A stretch of DNA of 64,000 nucleotides from an uncultured Phycisphaeraceae bacterium (GCA_964610975.1 CAZSYN010000007.1:26150-90149), one strand, 5' to 3'. Shown: positions 10,604-20,490, numbered from the stretch's first letter. Numbers and translations are program-made. The notes: generated by a model not told the origin, from the letters alone.

Positions 10604-11362
10604 ATGTCAGTTGTCAATTTCAATCGTGTAGTCGGTTCCTATGTAGCTGCGGCTGTACTGGGCGTTGTGGCGGCATCTCTTGCGTCAGCGGCGGTGGTCA
10701 GCACCCTAGATGGCACGACGTCGCTAGGTGGAAATCGCGTGACTCTCGCCAATGAAGGTGCGATTGAGACGCTGGCGACAGCGGGTTATGTTCTCTATGG
10801 GACTTCCACCAATTTTGATGATGTCAATTCTCGTCAGAGCGTTGTTCATCTTCCGTCGTGGGCAACTGTCAGCCTGGCGCCTGAGTTACAAGTGGAATAC
10901 ATGTGGAATGTAAGCAAGATTTCCGCCGGCGGCACGACTTATAACACCGGTTCAGCTTACTACGATGTTGGTACCACCCAGACTGTTGCATCCTTGGGAA
11001 CCATCACACTTGGGGCAGATGTCCCGTCTTCATTCACGTTGGGGCTACTGATTGGTAATGGATGGAATGGCGCCATGTACTCCGCAGCTATTGAAACGAG
11101 CTTAGTGAGCGGGTCGAGTACCGCAACACTCAATACCGCTGATCAGCTTGGAACCGAACGCGCAAACAATTTTTACCTCTTTACAATAACCGGAGCATCG
11201 GCAGGCGATACCATTGAAATTCGCCAGAAGACTGCTTGGTGGAGCGGTTACACGACGGTTGCCATCGGCGGTATTACGTTCAGTGTTGTTCCCGAGCCGG
11301 CTTCGCTTGGCATGCTGGGACTCGGCGCGATCGCCATGATGGCCCGTCGTCGGCATTTCTGA
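10604..11362 (+). CDS. PEP-CTERM sorting-domain protein (secreted / exosortase substrate)
   Basis: N-terminal signal peptide. The C-terminus 'VPEPASLGMLGLGAIAMMARRRHF' is a PEP motif followed by a TM helix and a basic tail. Confidence 0.8.
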   Translation: MSVVNFNRVVGSYVAAAVLGVVAASLASAAVVSTLDGTTSLGGNRVTLANEGAIETLATAGYVLYGTSTNFDDVNSRQSVVHLPSWATVSLAPELQVEYMWNVSKISAGGTTYNTGSAYYDVGTTQTVASLGTITLGADVPSSFTLGLLIGNGWNGAMYSAAIETSLVSGSSTATLNTADQLGTERANNFYLFTITGASAGDTIEIRQKTAWWSGYTTVAIGGITFSVVPEPASLGMLGLGAIAMMARRRHF

Positions 11363-11454
11363 TCCATAGGTGGTGGCGCAATATAGTCCCGGGGTCCCGG
11401 GGATGGTGGGATCCCTGGGATTTTTATTTTGAAATAGCGTGGCGTTTTGTTTTT

Positions 11455-14400
11455 ATGAGGTGGTCGATGCGCATATGGCGAGTGGTACGGAATGGAATGA
11501 TGACTGCGGCCACGGTCGTGGCGGTGATAAACGCAGCAGGCTTGGTCTGGGCTGACGGAGCCGCGCCCCTGATCGCGAGTTATGAAATGGAGCCGGATCC
11601 CTCAGCGGCCGCTCGCCTGGTGGATTCAGGCCCGCTGCATTTGAATGGCGAAATCCCACCGAGCTCGTACGTTCCCGGCCATAAGGGGATGGGTATCCGG
11701 ATCGGTTCTGATGAGCAGCGCGTAAAGGTTTACCCGGCCGGGCTCGCGGACAAGATTGGTAATGAGTTGACGATTTCAGCATGGGTAAATCCTTCAGCAC
11801 GGCCGTCGTGCAACCCTGTCTTGTGCAAGCGTGAGAATAACCAGGGTCAGCCGTTCGCGTTCGGAATCGCCGGCAACGGTAGGCTTTATTTCAGCGGTAG
11901 CGGCGGGGCGGAATGGTTCAATTTTTACAGTAACGGCGGTAACGAAATACCACTCAATCAATGGACCCACGTGGCGGTGACCTATCGTAAAAACGGCGAT
12001 TCGGTTCTATATGTCAACGGCAAAAAAACAGAACAGCGCGAAGCGACTTATACGCTGCAGAATAACGATTTTCCCCTTGTCATCGGCCGCGACTGGTATT
12101 GGGATGTTGGTTCCTCGCAGATGAAAGCGGCGCTGTTTCAGGGAACTCTTGATAGTATTCATATTTTTGCCGTAGCGCTTTCGGAACAGCAGATTACGCA
12201 GGATATGAGCGGCCAACTGGCCACCCGCGCCGCGAAGGATGCGGACTTCGGCGCGCCGATGCTGGCGAGTAAACTGCGGCTAGTGCGTTATGACATGCTG
12301 ATCGGCCAAGTGAATGAAAATGTCGATCGCGGCCGGACGCGGCAAACAGCCCTACGCAAAGGGGGGCCGGACGCTGTCGACTGGCCGGCGATCACTATTA
12401 AGCTGGACAAGCAGTTGCCACGGCAGATCTTCAAGGAATCAGGAGAGACTGCCTTTGAACTGCCATTGATCGATGACGGTCGTAACCGACCGCTGTTTCA
12501 GGAGTCGTACGATAACACCATTGAGCCGGGCGCGCATTGGCTGCGCGCTCTCAAATGGATGTGGGGGCAGACCTACATATACTCGACCGATGGCACAGCA
12601 CGTAGCTGGATGGCAGACTACGAACTTTGGACATTTCCAGTAATAATTCAGGGAACTGGCGAGCGCGATGTGCGCAACGTGACGTTAAAATATGATGGGC
12701 AGACGATCTACACCAGCACCGGGTCGCTTCATTCGCTTACCCTGCTGCTGCCGCAGAATATGCGCGGGAAAAAATATTCGCTGACGGTAGCTGGCGGAGC
12801 GCCTGTGGAATTTGATGTCGGCCTGATGCCCATCGAACCGGGTAAACCTGTCGAACAAGCGATCAGCTTCCAGCATACAATCTCCGGCGGCTTGAGCGTC
12901 GCATCACTGAGCCGGCCGGAGGAATTTCCAAATCAAAAAAAATGGGATGAGGATATCGCTGCGCTCAACAAACCGATTCCCGCATCCATTACGTATGTAC
13001 CGAGAAAGAATACGCTGGATTGGCATTTTGGAATTGATACTCAGCGTTCGCCTCTGACTGTTTATTTCAACGCACTTCCGCACGGCATGAGCAGCGGATC
13101 ATTTTTTGAAAGTACGTGGTATGGTGAGGAACTTCACAAACGCACACCAAAGGCTTTTAGTGAGATCGGATCGGCGGATGACTACGCTGACTATCTCTCT
13201 GATACCGGCTACGATCTGACAATTGAACGAGCATTTATTGGCTCACTAGAGGGTATCAAGGCCGGATCCAAAGATAAGGATTTCGGTAATCTTGCCCGTG
13301 CGTTGGCCGATCACGGTGTTCGGATCGGTTTTTCCCCTTCGGATTGGGATATCGCATCTCCCAGCCATCCGAATATTGCTTTTTTTTCATACAACCTTCC
13401 ACGTTACCATCAACCGATTTATCGGCAAATGCAACTTGGCATGCAGCGACTACGCGCTTATCCGAATGCGATGGGCGCTGCCATGGGGGCCGACAATGGT
13501 GCGTACATCAGCTTTTGGGATTGGGCTCCGCCGGTGCCTAACCGCCCGTGGGGAGAAGCATATATCAACCAACGCAAGGGACGCCCGGCGGTAGTGCCCA
13601 TGCCTGCACAACTTGATTTGGCTTATTCGCACAGTGTGCGGGCGAAGAATGTCGCAGAGTTTGTTGACTGGGTGGGCGAATACGATCTAGCATTTGGCCA
13701 GTATGGTTACTTTGCACACGCGATTTCGGAAGTGGATCCCAAGTTCACATTGACCACAGGATCTTTCGGCAGTTCGCCGGGCATTGGTGCAGGCGGCGGA
13801 TGGCCATGGGCTACGGTTCCAGGCAAAGTTATGTTCAAGGATATGAGTGTTCTTCAGGCCTACGACTGGAACGAACTGCTTTCCTCAAAACCGATGCATA
13901 TTGAGGCGTTGGTCGATCGTCTACGTTCATACTATCCAGATAAGCCGTGCTGGGCGCTCATTGACGATTTCGTGAATTTATTCGGACGCGAGGCGCGCCA
14001 AAGACAATATGCACTGGCTCTCACACGCGGTGTAAAATCCGTCGGAACGACTTTTCTTGCCAATCCAATGGGAGCAATCTCCCGGCGTGAAATCATCAAG
14101 GAGCAGAAAGAGCTTTACGATTGGATTCATAAGTTCGGCGGCGCTTATGCCATGACCGAGCCGACGCCAGTGGTGGGTATAATGTATGTGAACACACAGT
14201 CGCTGATGCGCCCAATTGATCAGGGTGCGCAAGAAACATATGAGGGACGCATTCGCGGTGGACATGAAGGCAAAACCAGCGAAGCATTATTCTTCTGTCA
14301 TGCGGCAGGACTGCCAGCAAAGATTATCACACCTGAGGAACTCAAGCGTGGATTGCCCAAAAGTATTAAGGTGATTCTGCTGACAGGGCTTAACGTGTAT

Positions 14401-15681
14401 GATGATTCGTGGCACTGGTATGACGGAATTGAGCGTGAACTCAGTCAGTTTACCGCCGGTGGAGGAAAAATCGTGGCGGATGACGAGTCGACGGCGCCAT
14501 TGCAGGTGATAAAAACCGATATGGTCGTACGTTCTTTCATCGCCCAACGGAATATGGATTGGACGCCCGATCTGCTCAAACGCAATCAAGATAATATCAG
14601 CAAGCTGCGCGCCGCTGTGAAGGGTGTTAATATTCCGGTAGCCGAGTCTGACAGCCAAACGGTATGGGCGGTACCGACGATTGCCGGTAATACCCAGTAT
14701 TTGACGGTGGTCAATCAGGCGACACCTGTAGGCAAGAATGGTAGCGAGTTTGTGGAAGGCCAGATCGGAACGATTAAGTGGAATACCACACGACCGATAT
14801 ACGATGTGCGCTTGGGTAAAAAAATTACTCCTCAGGAGGCACAGCGCGTAAACTTGATGGAAGATGGATTCCAGTGGTATGCGCTGCCCGTAGCTGAAGT
14901 GACGGTGCCGCAGGTAAATGTAACCAGAAACGCTTCGGGTCAGTATGAAGCAGCAGTAACGATCAGCAATCCATCGTCGATGACTGGTATTCCTGTCGAG
15001 ATCGTCATACATACTGCCGCGGATTCTAGCGGTCGGCGGGCGGTGCGAATCTACACAGCAACCGGAATGACGGCCGCGCTGCCACTAGCTGAAGGTGACC
15101 CGGCAGGAGAGTACGTGATCAAAGCAACCGAGTTGCTATCAGGGTTGAATGTATCGACGAAAGTAAAACTAGAGCCAAAAACGGAAATGAATGTTGCGGC
15201 GCCAGTTGAACTGGTTGGTGTTAATGCAATCCGTGCCTTTGGTGAGCGCTTGGATGTGCCACTGACTATCGGCATGACACCCGCACAGGCTGGCAACGCG
15301 AGCATTAAAGCTGTATGCGATCGACTGGTTCGTCACTATCAGTCTTTGGGTCGCAAAGTTGTATTAGGCAGCGTTGATGCGAACGGAATTGTCCTGTCAC
15401 TTCAGGAACAGGTAGGTTTTGCGATGTATCCGCAATGGCGTACGATAGATTCCGACCTTGTGTTGATTGGAAAGCCGAACAATAACGTGCTGTTGATGGA
15501 TCAAGCCAGAGGGTTTTTGCTGCCGTCTGCTCCAGCCAGTGGAAAACCAATGGTATGCGTCACGTATTCTCCTTTTGTCGGCGAGCGTCAATCGCTGAAC
15601 CTGCTGGCTTCCGATGCTGAGGCGATGGATGAGGCTGTCAGTGCGTTAATTAATTTGCCGCGTGCGCCAGGCGCAAAGTAA
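11455..15681 (+). CDS. Large secreted protein (~1400 aa) with a LamG / concanavalin-A-like lectin domain
   Basis: Start chosen at the internal ATG at 11455, ahead of the signal peptide 'MMTAATVVAVINAAGLVWA'. The ORF-track start at 11236 overlaps the upstream gene. The LamG-like block is 'LTISAWVNPS...WTHVAVTYRKNGDSVLYVNGK'. Confidence 0.7.
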   Translation: MRWSMRIWRVVRNGMMTAATVVAVINAAGLVWADGAAPLIASYEMEPDPSAAARLVDSGPLHLNGEIPPSSYVPGHKGMGIRIGSDEQRVKVYPAGLADKIGNELTISAWVNPSARPSCNPVLCKRENNQGQPFAFGIAGNGRLYFSGSGGAEWFNFYSNGGNEIPLNQWTHVAVTYRKNGDSVLYVNGKKTEQREATYTLQNNDFPLVIGRDWYWDVGSSQMKAALFQGTLDSIHIFAVALSEQQITQDMSGQLATRAAKDADFGAPMLASKLRLVRYDMLIGQVNENVDRGRTRQTALRKGGPDAVDWPAITIKLDKQLPRQIFKESGETAFELPLIDDGRNRPLFQESYDNTIEPGAHWLRALKWMWGQTYIYSTDGTARSWMADYELWTFPVIIQGTGERDVRNVTLKYDGQTIYTSTGSLHSLTLLLPQNMRGKKYSLTVAGGAPVEFDVGLMPIEPGKPVEQAISFQHTISGGLSVASLSRPEEFPNQKKWDEDIAALNKPIPASITYVPRKNTLDWHFGIDTQRSPLTVYFNALPHGMSSGSFFESTWYGEELHKRTPKAFSEIGSADDYADYLSDTGYDLTIERAFIGSLEGIKAGSKDKDFGNLARALADHGVRIGFSPSDWDIASPSHPNIAFFSYNLPRYHQPIYRQMQLGMQRLRAYPNAMGAAMGADNGAYISFWDWAPPVPNRPWGEAYINQRKGRPAVVPMPAQLDLAYSHSVRAKNVAEFVDWVGEYDLAFGQYGYFAHAISEVDPKFTLTTGSFGSSPGIGAGGGWPWATVPGKVMFKDMSVLQAYDWNELLSSKPMHIEALVDRLRSYYPDKPCWALIDDFVNLFGREARQRQYALALTRGVKSVGTTFLANPMGAISRREIIKEQKELYDWIHKFGGAYAMTEPTPVVGIMYVNTQSLMRPIDQGAQETYEGRIRGGHEGKTSEALFFCHAAGLPAKIITPEELKRGLPKSIKVILLTGLNVYDDSWHWYDGIERELSQFTAGGGKIVADDESTAPLQVIKTDMVVRSFIAQRNMDWTPDLLKRNQDNISKLRAAVKGVNIPVAESDSQTVWAVPTIAGNTQYLTVVNQATPVGKNGSEFVEGQIGTIKWNTTRPIYDVRLGKKITPQEAQRVNLMEDGFQWYALPVAEVTVPQVNVTRNASGQYEAAVTISNPSSMTGIPVEIVIHTAADSSGRRAVRIYTATGMTAALPLAEGDPAGEYVIKATELLSGLNVSTKVKLEPKTEMNVAAPVELVGVNAIRAFGERLDVPLTIGMTPAQAGNASIKAVCDRLVRHYQSLGRKVVLGSVDANGIVLSLQEQVGFAMYPQWRTIDSDLVLIGKPNNNVLLMDQARGFLLPSAPASGKPMVCVTYSPFVGERQSLNLLASDAEAMDEAVSALINLPRAPGAK

Positions 15682-15690
15682 GTATTGTGT

Positions 15691-15856
15691 TTAGAGCCTA
15701 TCCGAATATAACCCAGCGGCGGTCTGCTGGTCTGCCGGTTCATCTGCGGCGTCCTCGGGCCTCGGAATATTATAGAATATGCCTCGGCCCTGCGTCCTTG
15801 CAGATAAGCCGGCATCCTGCGCATCCCTTACCACTGGGTTATTCGGATAGGCTCTT
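15691..15856. repeat. MITE-like element, copy A (TIR-bounded, GC-rich core)
   Basis: TIR agagcctatccgaata(ta)acccag at 15693-15716 pairs with its reverse complement at 15831-15856. The core is homologous to the reverse complement of copy B (tctgctggtctgc..., tcctcgg..., atcctgcgcatc). Each end is flanked by TA. Confidence 0.55.
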
Positions 15857-15875
15857 AGTATGCAGGAGTTTGAAA

Positions 15876-16685
15876 ATGCGTGGTGTGGTTGGCATGTTGG
15901 TTTTCACTGGAATATGTCTATTAGGAACGGGGTGTCAGATCACTCCGTTCTCCAATGTGCCGGTAGCAATCGAGCGAAATAATCTTCCGGAACTCACCGT
16001 TCCCGTAGCGCGGCGAATTCCCCGTGTAGATGCTTCCGCCGATGATCCTGCATGGCAGGAAGCTGCGGTTATTTCCACACTATCGCTTTCCCGTGGCGGG
16101 GATAATATTGGAATGACTGCCTCGTCTACACGAGTATTGTTGCTCTGGCAGGAATCTTTTCTTTACGTGCGGTTCATCAGCATTGGTCGCGAGTATTATT
16201 CTCCTATCCACGGACGTGACGCTCAGTTGTATCAGGCTGATGTTGTGGAAGTATTTCTCGATCCAGTGGGTGATGGTAGGCAAATCGTTGAACTTGCGGT
16301 ATCACCCGCAAATGATGTTTTTGACCAGGTTCTGTTGCTGACGTGCGATGCCAAATGCAATGAACATGGCCGCTTGTTGCAGGATATTTTGGCGCGCGAC
16401 TTTTGGTCTGATCGAAGCTGGGATATCAACGGCCTCAAGACTGCTAGCCGGATCGAGGGATCATCATGGATTGTGGATATAGCGATTCCGGCGGCGGATC
16501 TGCTCCGTCGGCGTGGAGTGGAGACTTTTCGGACGATGGATCTTCGGGCAAATTTTCTCCGTTATGAATACCGTGCACAATCTATTGGTCAGCCGCGCCG
16601 TCACATTGCGATGAACTGGTCCGTAATTGATCACGGTTGCCCGCATATTTCCCCAGGAGCGTTCGGGATTCTCCGTTTACGCTGA
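15876..16685 (+). CDS. Lipoprotein with a CBM9-like / DOMON-like carbohydrate-binding domain
   Basis: Internal start at 15876 with a GGAG RBS. Lipobox 'LLGTGC'. 'DASADDPAWQEAAVIS...LLWQESFLYVRF...VEVFLDPVGDG' resembles CBM9-like domains. Confidence 0.6.
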   Translation: MRGVVGMLVFTGICLLGTGCQITPFSNVPVAIERNNLPELTVPVARRIPRVDASADDPAWQEAAVISTLSLSRGGDNIGMTASSTRVLLLWQESFLYVRFISIGREYYSPIHGRDAQLYQADVVEVFLDPVGDGRQIVELAVSPANDVFDQVLLLTCDAKCNEHGRLLQDILARDFWSDRSWDINGLKTASRIEGSSWIVDIAIPAADLLRRRGVETFRTMDLRANFLRYEYRAQSIGQPRRHIAMNWSVIDHGCPHISPGAFGILRLR

Positions 16686-16687
16686 CC

Positions 16688-16858
16688 TTTAGAAACTATC
16701 CCAAAAGGGGCCGGGCGTCAGATGCGCAGGATACGAGCCCGGATGCGAGGACGCAGGACCGAGTGATATTCGCCAATATCAGCGAGCGTCCGAGGACCAA
16801 GCAGACGGGCACGCAGACCAGCAGATAACCCCGGAAGCTTTTGGGATAGTTTCTTAGC
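16688..16858. repeat. MITE-like element, copy B (inverted relative to copy A)
   Basis: TIR agaaactatcccaaaag at 16690-16708 pairs with its reverse complement at 16838-16855. The TIR consensus is related to copy A (AGA[GA]NCTATCC[GC]AA[TA]A) and the core is homologous. Confidence 0.55.
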
Positions 16859-16951
16859 AGTCGGGATTAACACGCTTCGTATTTTATCTTTTGAGAGTAA
16901 GTTATTAATTATTCATTTGGGGCAATTACTCATTATAAACAGGAGAAGCAT

Positions 16952-18601
16952 ATGAGGTATAAGATAGCGTTGTTGATGCTGGCTATCTGCGTACATGGCA
17001 AAACAGCGTTGGCCGCTGCCGAGACGCCGATTAGCTCGGCTGATTTTTATAATTCAATCGGAATCAATACGCATTTTGCATTTTCACTTGATTCAAATTC
17101 GATCTGGTATCAATCAACCATGCTTACTGATGCATTGATCAAGTTGAAAATTACGCATGTACGTGATAGCTTGATCCCAGCATATGTACTTGATTCCCAA
17201 TATGCAGACTCCAATTATCTTAAAGCTTTTAAGACCATGGGAGTTGCGGGCATCAAAGTGAATCTCATTACTTCGCCTACTGAGACTTATGGCAATCTCG
17301 GTACAATTCAGTCTTCCGTGAACAGTGTCATCGCCATTAACGCTCTTCATACCGGTACGGTTGAGGCCATTGAGGGGCCAAATGAACTAGATAATCAATC
17401 GTCTTGGACTTATAACGGCACAACTTACTCTGGTCGTACCGGCTTCGCCAAAGGAATCGTGCAATATCAAGCCGACTTGTATTGCGCCATCAAGACCAAC
17501 AGTTCAACACACGATCTTACTGTTATTGGCCCAAGCGAGGGCGGAACGTATTCGTCGCAGTATGGCAGCACCAGTAGCGGCGCACAACCCATCCCTAACG
17601 GCGCTCTGTATGACTATTGTGACTGGGGCAATTTTCATCCTTATACGTTCGGAGGTAATTTTGCCACACAGCATTATAGTTATGATACCATTAAGGACTG
17701 GTACTTTGGTAACAGCCAGTCTCCAAGTGTTAATCTGAGCCCTTCAACTACCGCTGGAATGGCTGATGGGACCAAAGCTTTCGCGTTTCAGAATTATCAG
17801 CAACCGTACCAGCGGTTTACTGACGGAGTAGTCGTTGATTCGCGTCCTATGGCTGCTACCGAGAAAGGATATTTCACCGGCACTGCGCAAAAGAGCGTTT
17901 CGCAGAGTACTTTTGCCAAATATATACCGCGAGTATTTGCAACGGATATGCGATACGGTATCGCTCGTACGTATTTATATGAATTGGTGGATGAGGGTGC
18001 AAATACACAGGATCCAGAACAGAATTTTGGGTTGATCCAATACGACGGTACTGCCAAGCCGGCGTACTATACGCTTCAGCATTTGCTTGCATTAACCGCC
18101 GATACCAGCACTGCTAAAAGTAAAAGTACGCTAGATTTCACTCTGAATGTCACCATTCCACAAGCCTATCAGACTGCCGATCCGAATTATTTCGGTATTC
18201 CAGAAACGGTTGAGCATCTGCTACTGCAAAAGGATGACGGCACTTATCAGCTGTTGTTATGGAATGAGGTATCATCATCTTCACTGACGGATTTGAATGG
18301 CAATACGCTGACTGGTACTGCGCGTGACATTGACGTTCCGGTATTCACCACAAAATTATCTATCGCGACGCCGATCATGAGCAACGCAACGTTATATATA
18401 CTGAATCCGTATGGAACCACCGCTGAAGATACCCTTATTACCCGCAATGTGTCTTTTTTGAATAACGAATTGGTTTTGGATGTTCCGGATTACGTTATTA
18501 TACTTGAATTCAGCGCCGTGCCTGAGCCGACTACTATGACTATTCTTGGATTGGCCGGTATCCCTTTGATTTGTAGGCGGTCGCGCAATTGGGGTGTATG
18601 A
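16952..18601 (+). CDS. Secreted PEP-CTERM protein, putative glycoside-hydrolase-like (TIM-barrel) enzyme
   Basis: Signal peptide 'MRYKIALLMLAICVHGKTALAAA'. 'IEGPNELDN' resembles a GH5/GH39 catalytic-acid motif. C-terminus 'VPEPTTMTILGLAGIPLICRRSR'. Confidence 0.65.
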   Translation: MRYKIALLMLAICVHGKTALAAAETPISSADFYNSIGINTHFAFSLDSNSIWYQSTMLTDALIKLKITHVRDSLIPAYVLDSQYADSNYLKAFKTMGVAGIKVNLITSPTETYGNLGTIQSSVNSVIAINALHTGTVEAIEGPNELDNQSSWTYNGTTYSGRTGFAKGIVQYQADLYCAIKTNSSTHDLTVIGPSEGGTYSSQYGSTSSGAQPIPNGALYDYCDWGNFHPYTFGGNFATQHYSYDTIKDWYFGNSQSPSVNLSPSTTAGMADGTKAFAFQNYQQPYQRFTDGVVVDSRPMAATEKGYFTGTAQKSVSQSTFAKYIPRVFATDMRYGIARTYLYELVDEGANTQDPEQNFGLIQYDGTAKPAYYTLQHLLALTADTSTAKSKSTLDFTLNVTIPQAYQTADPNYFGIPETVEHLLLQKDDGTYQLLLWNEVSSSSLTDLNGNTLTGTARDIDVPVFTTKLSIATPIMSNATLYILNPYGTTAEDTLITRNVSFLNNELVLDVPDYVIILEFSAVPEPTTMTILGLAGIPLICRRSRNWGV

Positions 18602-18713
18602 TTCTGGTGGGGACAAATTCAACCGCGGTTAGCCTTAAAGCCGATCTCAACAAAATGATCACTTTAATCACCAAATTTAGTCATGGCTGATCATCTATTT
18701 GTGATGAGAGGAT

Positions 18714-18941
18714 TCAAACCACCAGGTAGCGTCTGTCAATATGCGCACAATTAAAAAGAGCTTCTCCGCAGGAAGCTTCAAAGCAGATCGCCAACAGCCC
18801 TGCCAGTCTCTTGAGCCACTCGACCACCCGTATCCACGGGCCAATCAGCGTAGTCTGCTGAATTTGCTGGCCATTTTCAGCCAGCACGCACACGGATGAA
18901 CGCCGCAAATGAACATCTATTCCCACATACCACATGAGCAA
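18714..18941 (-). pseudogene. IS110-family transposase N-terminal fragment (75 aa)
   Basis: 'MWYVGIDVH...VLAENG...WLKRLAG...ICFEASCGE' matches the DEDD N-terminus of IS110 transposases. The ORF terminates inside a copy of the IS256-end-like 52-bp repeat. Confidence 0.55.
18728..18782. repeat. Extra direct copy of the 52-bp IS256-end sequence
   Basis: gtctgtcaaWWtgcgcacaattRaRaagagcttctccgcaggaagctt. It shows 4 mismatches in 52 bp to the copy at 18970-19022. Confidence 0.5.
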
Positions 18942-18971
18942 GCTCCTTTTCGTGAGTCTTTTTCCCGGTCG

Positions 18972-20490
18972 TGTCTGTCAAATTGCGCACAATTGAGAAG
19001 AGCTTCTCCGCAGGAAGCTTATGGCGAGAGGATGAGGCCTGAGCCGTAGGCGAAGGCCTCATCACCTCACACGCGCGGCTCACGCGGCCGCCGGTTCTGG
19101 GGTCTTCTGCTCGTGTTCTCCTGCTGGTCTCGGATTCTCTCCGCCGGCCTCCTGTTCCCATAGCCGGTTCATGTCCAGGTACTTGCGCGTTCCCCACTTG
19201 GTTCCGGCTACATGCCGCAATCTTGCTGCCGTGAGCATCAGGGCGCTTTGTCCGTCTGGGAACGCTCCCACCACCCGCGTGCGCCGCCGGACCTCCCGGT
19301 TCAGCCGCTCCAGCGGATTGTTGGTTCTCAGGCACCGCCAGTGCTCCCGCGGGAAGGCGTAGTAACTCAAGGTCTCCATGGCGCCTTCAGAGACGATCTG
19401 CGCCGCCTTGGATAGCTTCATCTCGATCAGCTTGGCCGCCACCGCCTGAACCTTCTCCTGGGCCGCGGGCTTGTCTTCCTGCGCGTGGATCGCCTTGAGC
19501 ATGGCCACTACCGGCGCCATCTTGTTATGTGGAACCGCCGTCATCACGTCACGGTAAAAATGCACCACGCACCGTTGCCATTTGGCCTGCGGATAGCACG
19601 CTCCCAACGCTTCCACCAGACCCAGGCACTTGTCGCTGACAAACAGCCTGACTCCCGTCAGACCGCGCTCTTTTAAGTGCCGCATAAAATTCAGCCAGCT
19701 TGCGCCATCTTCCTTGGCCCCTTCGGCCACGCCCAAAACCTCCCGGTAACCGTCCTGATCGACTCCGATGGCAATGAGCACCGCGACATTCTTCACTTCG
19801 CCGCCCCAGCTGCGTTTGAGCCAGATGCCGTCCAGATACACATACGGATGCTGGCCTTCGATCTTCCGGTTCCGCCAACTCTCGATCTGAGAGTAAACCT
19901 TCTGGGCCATCTGGCTGACCGTGCTGGCGCTGGTGCGCACGCCCCAGAGCGCCTCGGTAATGTCTTCCACCCGCCGCATCGAGACGCCTGATAGATACAT
20001 CTCTACCAGGGCTTCTTCGACCGACGATTCGCGGCGCTTGTAGCGCTCGATGATCGCCGTCTCCAGCGGCAACTTCCGCAGCCGGGGCACCTTAAGCGTC
20101 ACTTCGCCCGCCTGGGTCACCAGCTTCCTGGAATAACTGCCCGCGCGGGTGTCCTGGCGCTCGGGCGAGCGTTCGTAACGCTCGGCGTGGCAGAGTCGGT
20201 CGGCCTCGGCATCCAGCAGGCTGTTGAGCGTCTGTTCCACCGTCTCGCGCACCATCTGATCCACGTGCGACCTGACCTTGGCCGCATCCACTGAAAAGGC
20301 CTCTTTCAGCGGTTCTACGGCCGATTCGGTCTGCGGACTGACTTCCTGGGTCACTTCTCTCGTGCCTTCCTGACTCTGATCTGGTAACTTGTCCATTGCA
20401 GCTCTCCTTGTGGGTTTGGGGTTGCTCGTACACAACAACACCTTCCCGCGGAGAGTCTGCTTTTTCAAATCTGCGCATCTTTCAGTACGT
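18972..20490. mobile_element. IS256-family insertion sequence (~1.5 kb) with imperfect ~45-bp terminal inverted repeats
   Basis: One transposase ORF is flanked by related inverted ends at 18975-19020 and 20440-20487 (ctgNNaa.tgcgca...ctccgcNggaag). Confidence 0.7.
19080..20396 (-). CDS. IS256-family (mutator-type) transposase
   Basis: 'YLDGIWLKRSWGGEVKNVAVLIAIGVDQDGYREVLG...' is the MULE/IS256 signature. Start set at 20396 (MDKLPD...) with RBS aaggagag; the ORF-track start is 20468. Confidence 0.85.
   Translation of the reverse strand: MDKLPDQSQEGTREVTQEVSPQTESAVEPLKEAFSVDAAKVRSHVDQMVRETVEQTLNSLLDAEADRLCHAERYERSPERQDTRAGSYSRKLVTQAGEVTLKVPRLRKLPLETAIIERYKRRESSVEEALVEMYLSGVSMRRVEDITEALWGVRTSASTVSQMAQKVYSQIESWRNRKIEGQHPYVYLDGIWLKRSWGGEVKNVAVLIAIGVDQDGYREVLGVAEGAKEDGASWLNFMRHLKERGLTGVRLFVSDKCLGLVEALGACYPQAKWQRCVVHFYRDVMTAVPHNKMAPVVAMLKAIHAQEDKPAAQEKVQAVAAKLIEMKLSKAAQIVSEGAMETLSYYAFPREHWRCLRTNNPLERLNREVRRRTRVVGAFPDGQSALMLTAARLRHVAGTKWGTRKYLDMNRLWEQEAGGENPRPAGEHEQKTPEPAAA

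Noticed and set aside
11236-11454. 5' extension of the giant LamG ORF, which would overlap the PEP-CTERM gene by 127 bp
   Set aside because: The extension has no signal peptide and overlaps a well-supported gene. An internal ATG at 11455 precedes a clear signal peptide.
18700-18725. tRNA 3' end (ggattcaaacc ... acca-like) next to the IS110 fragment as a possible integration target
   Set aside because: The T-loop would read TTTGAAT rather than TTCGA/TTCAA. No acceptor or anticodon stems could be built. It is probably chance.
18877-19335. 152-aa ORF overlapping the 3' end of the IS256 transposase gene
   Set aside because: It is an alternative-frame ORF within a characterised transposase gene. 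It is Arg/Gly-rich, low-complexity and spurious.
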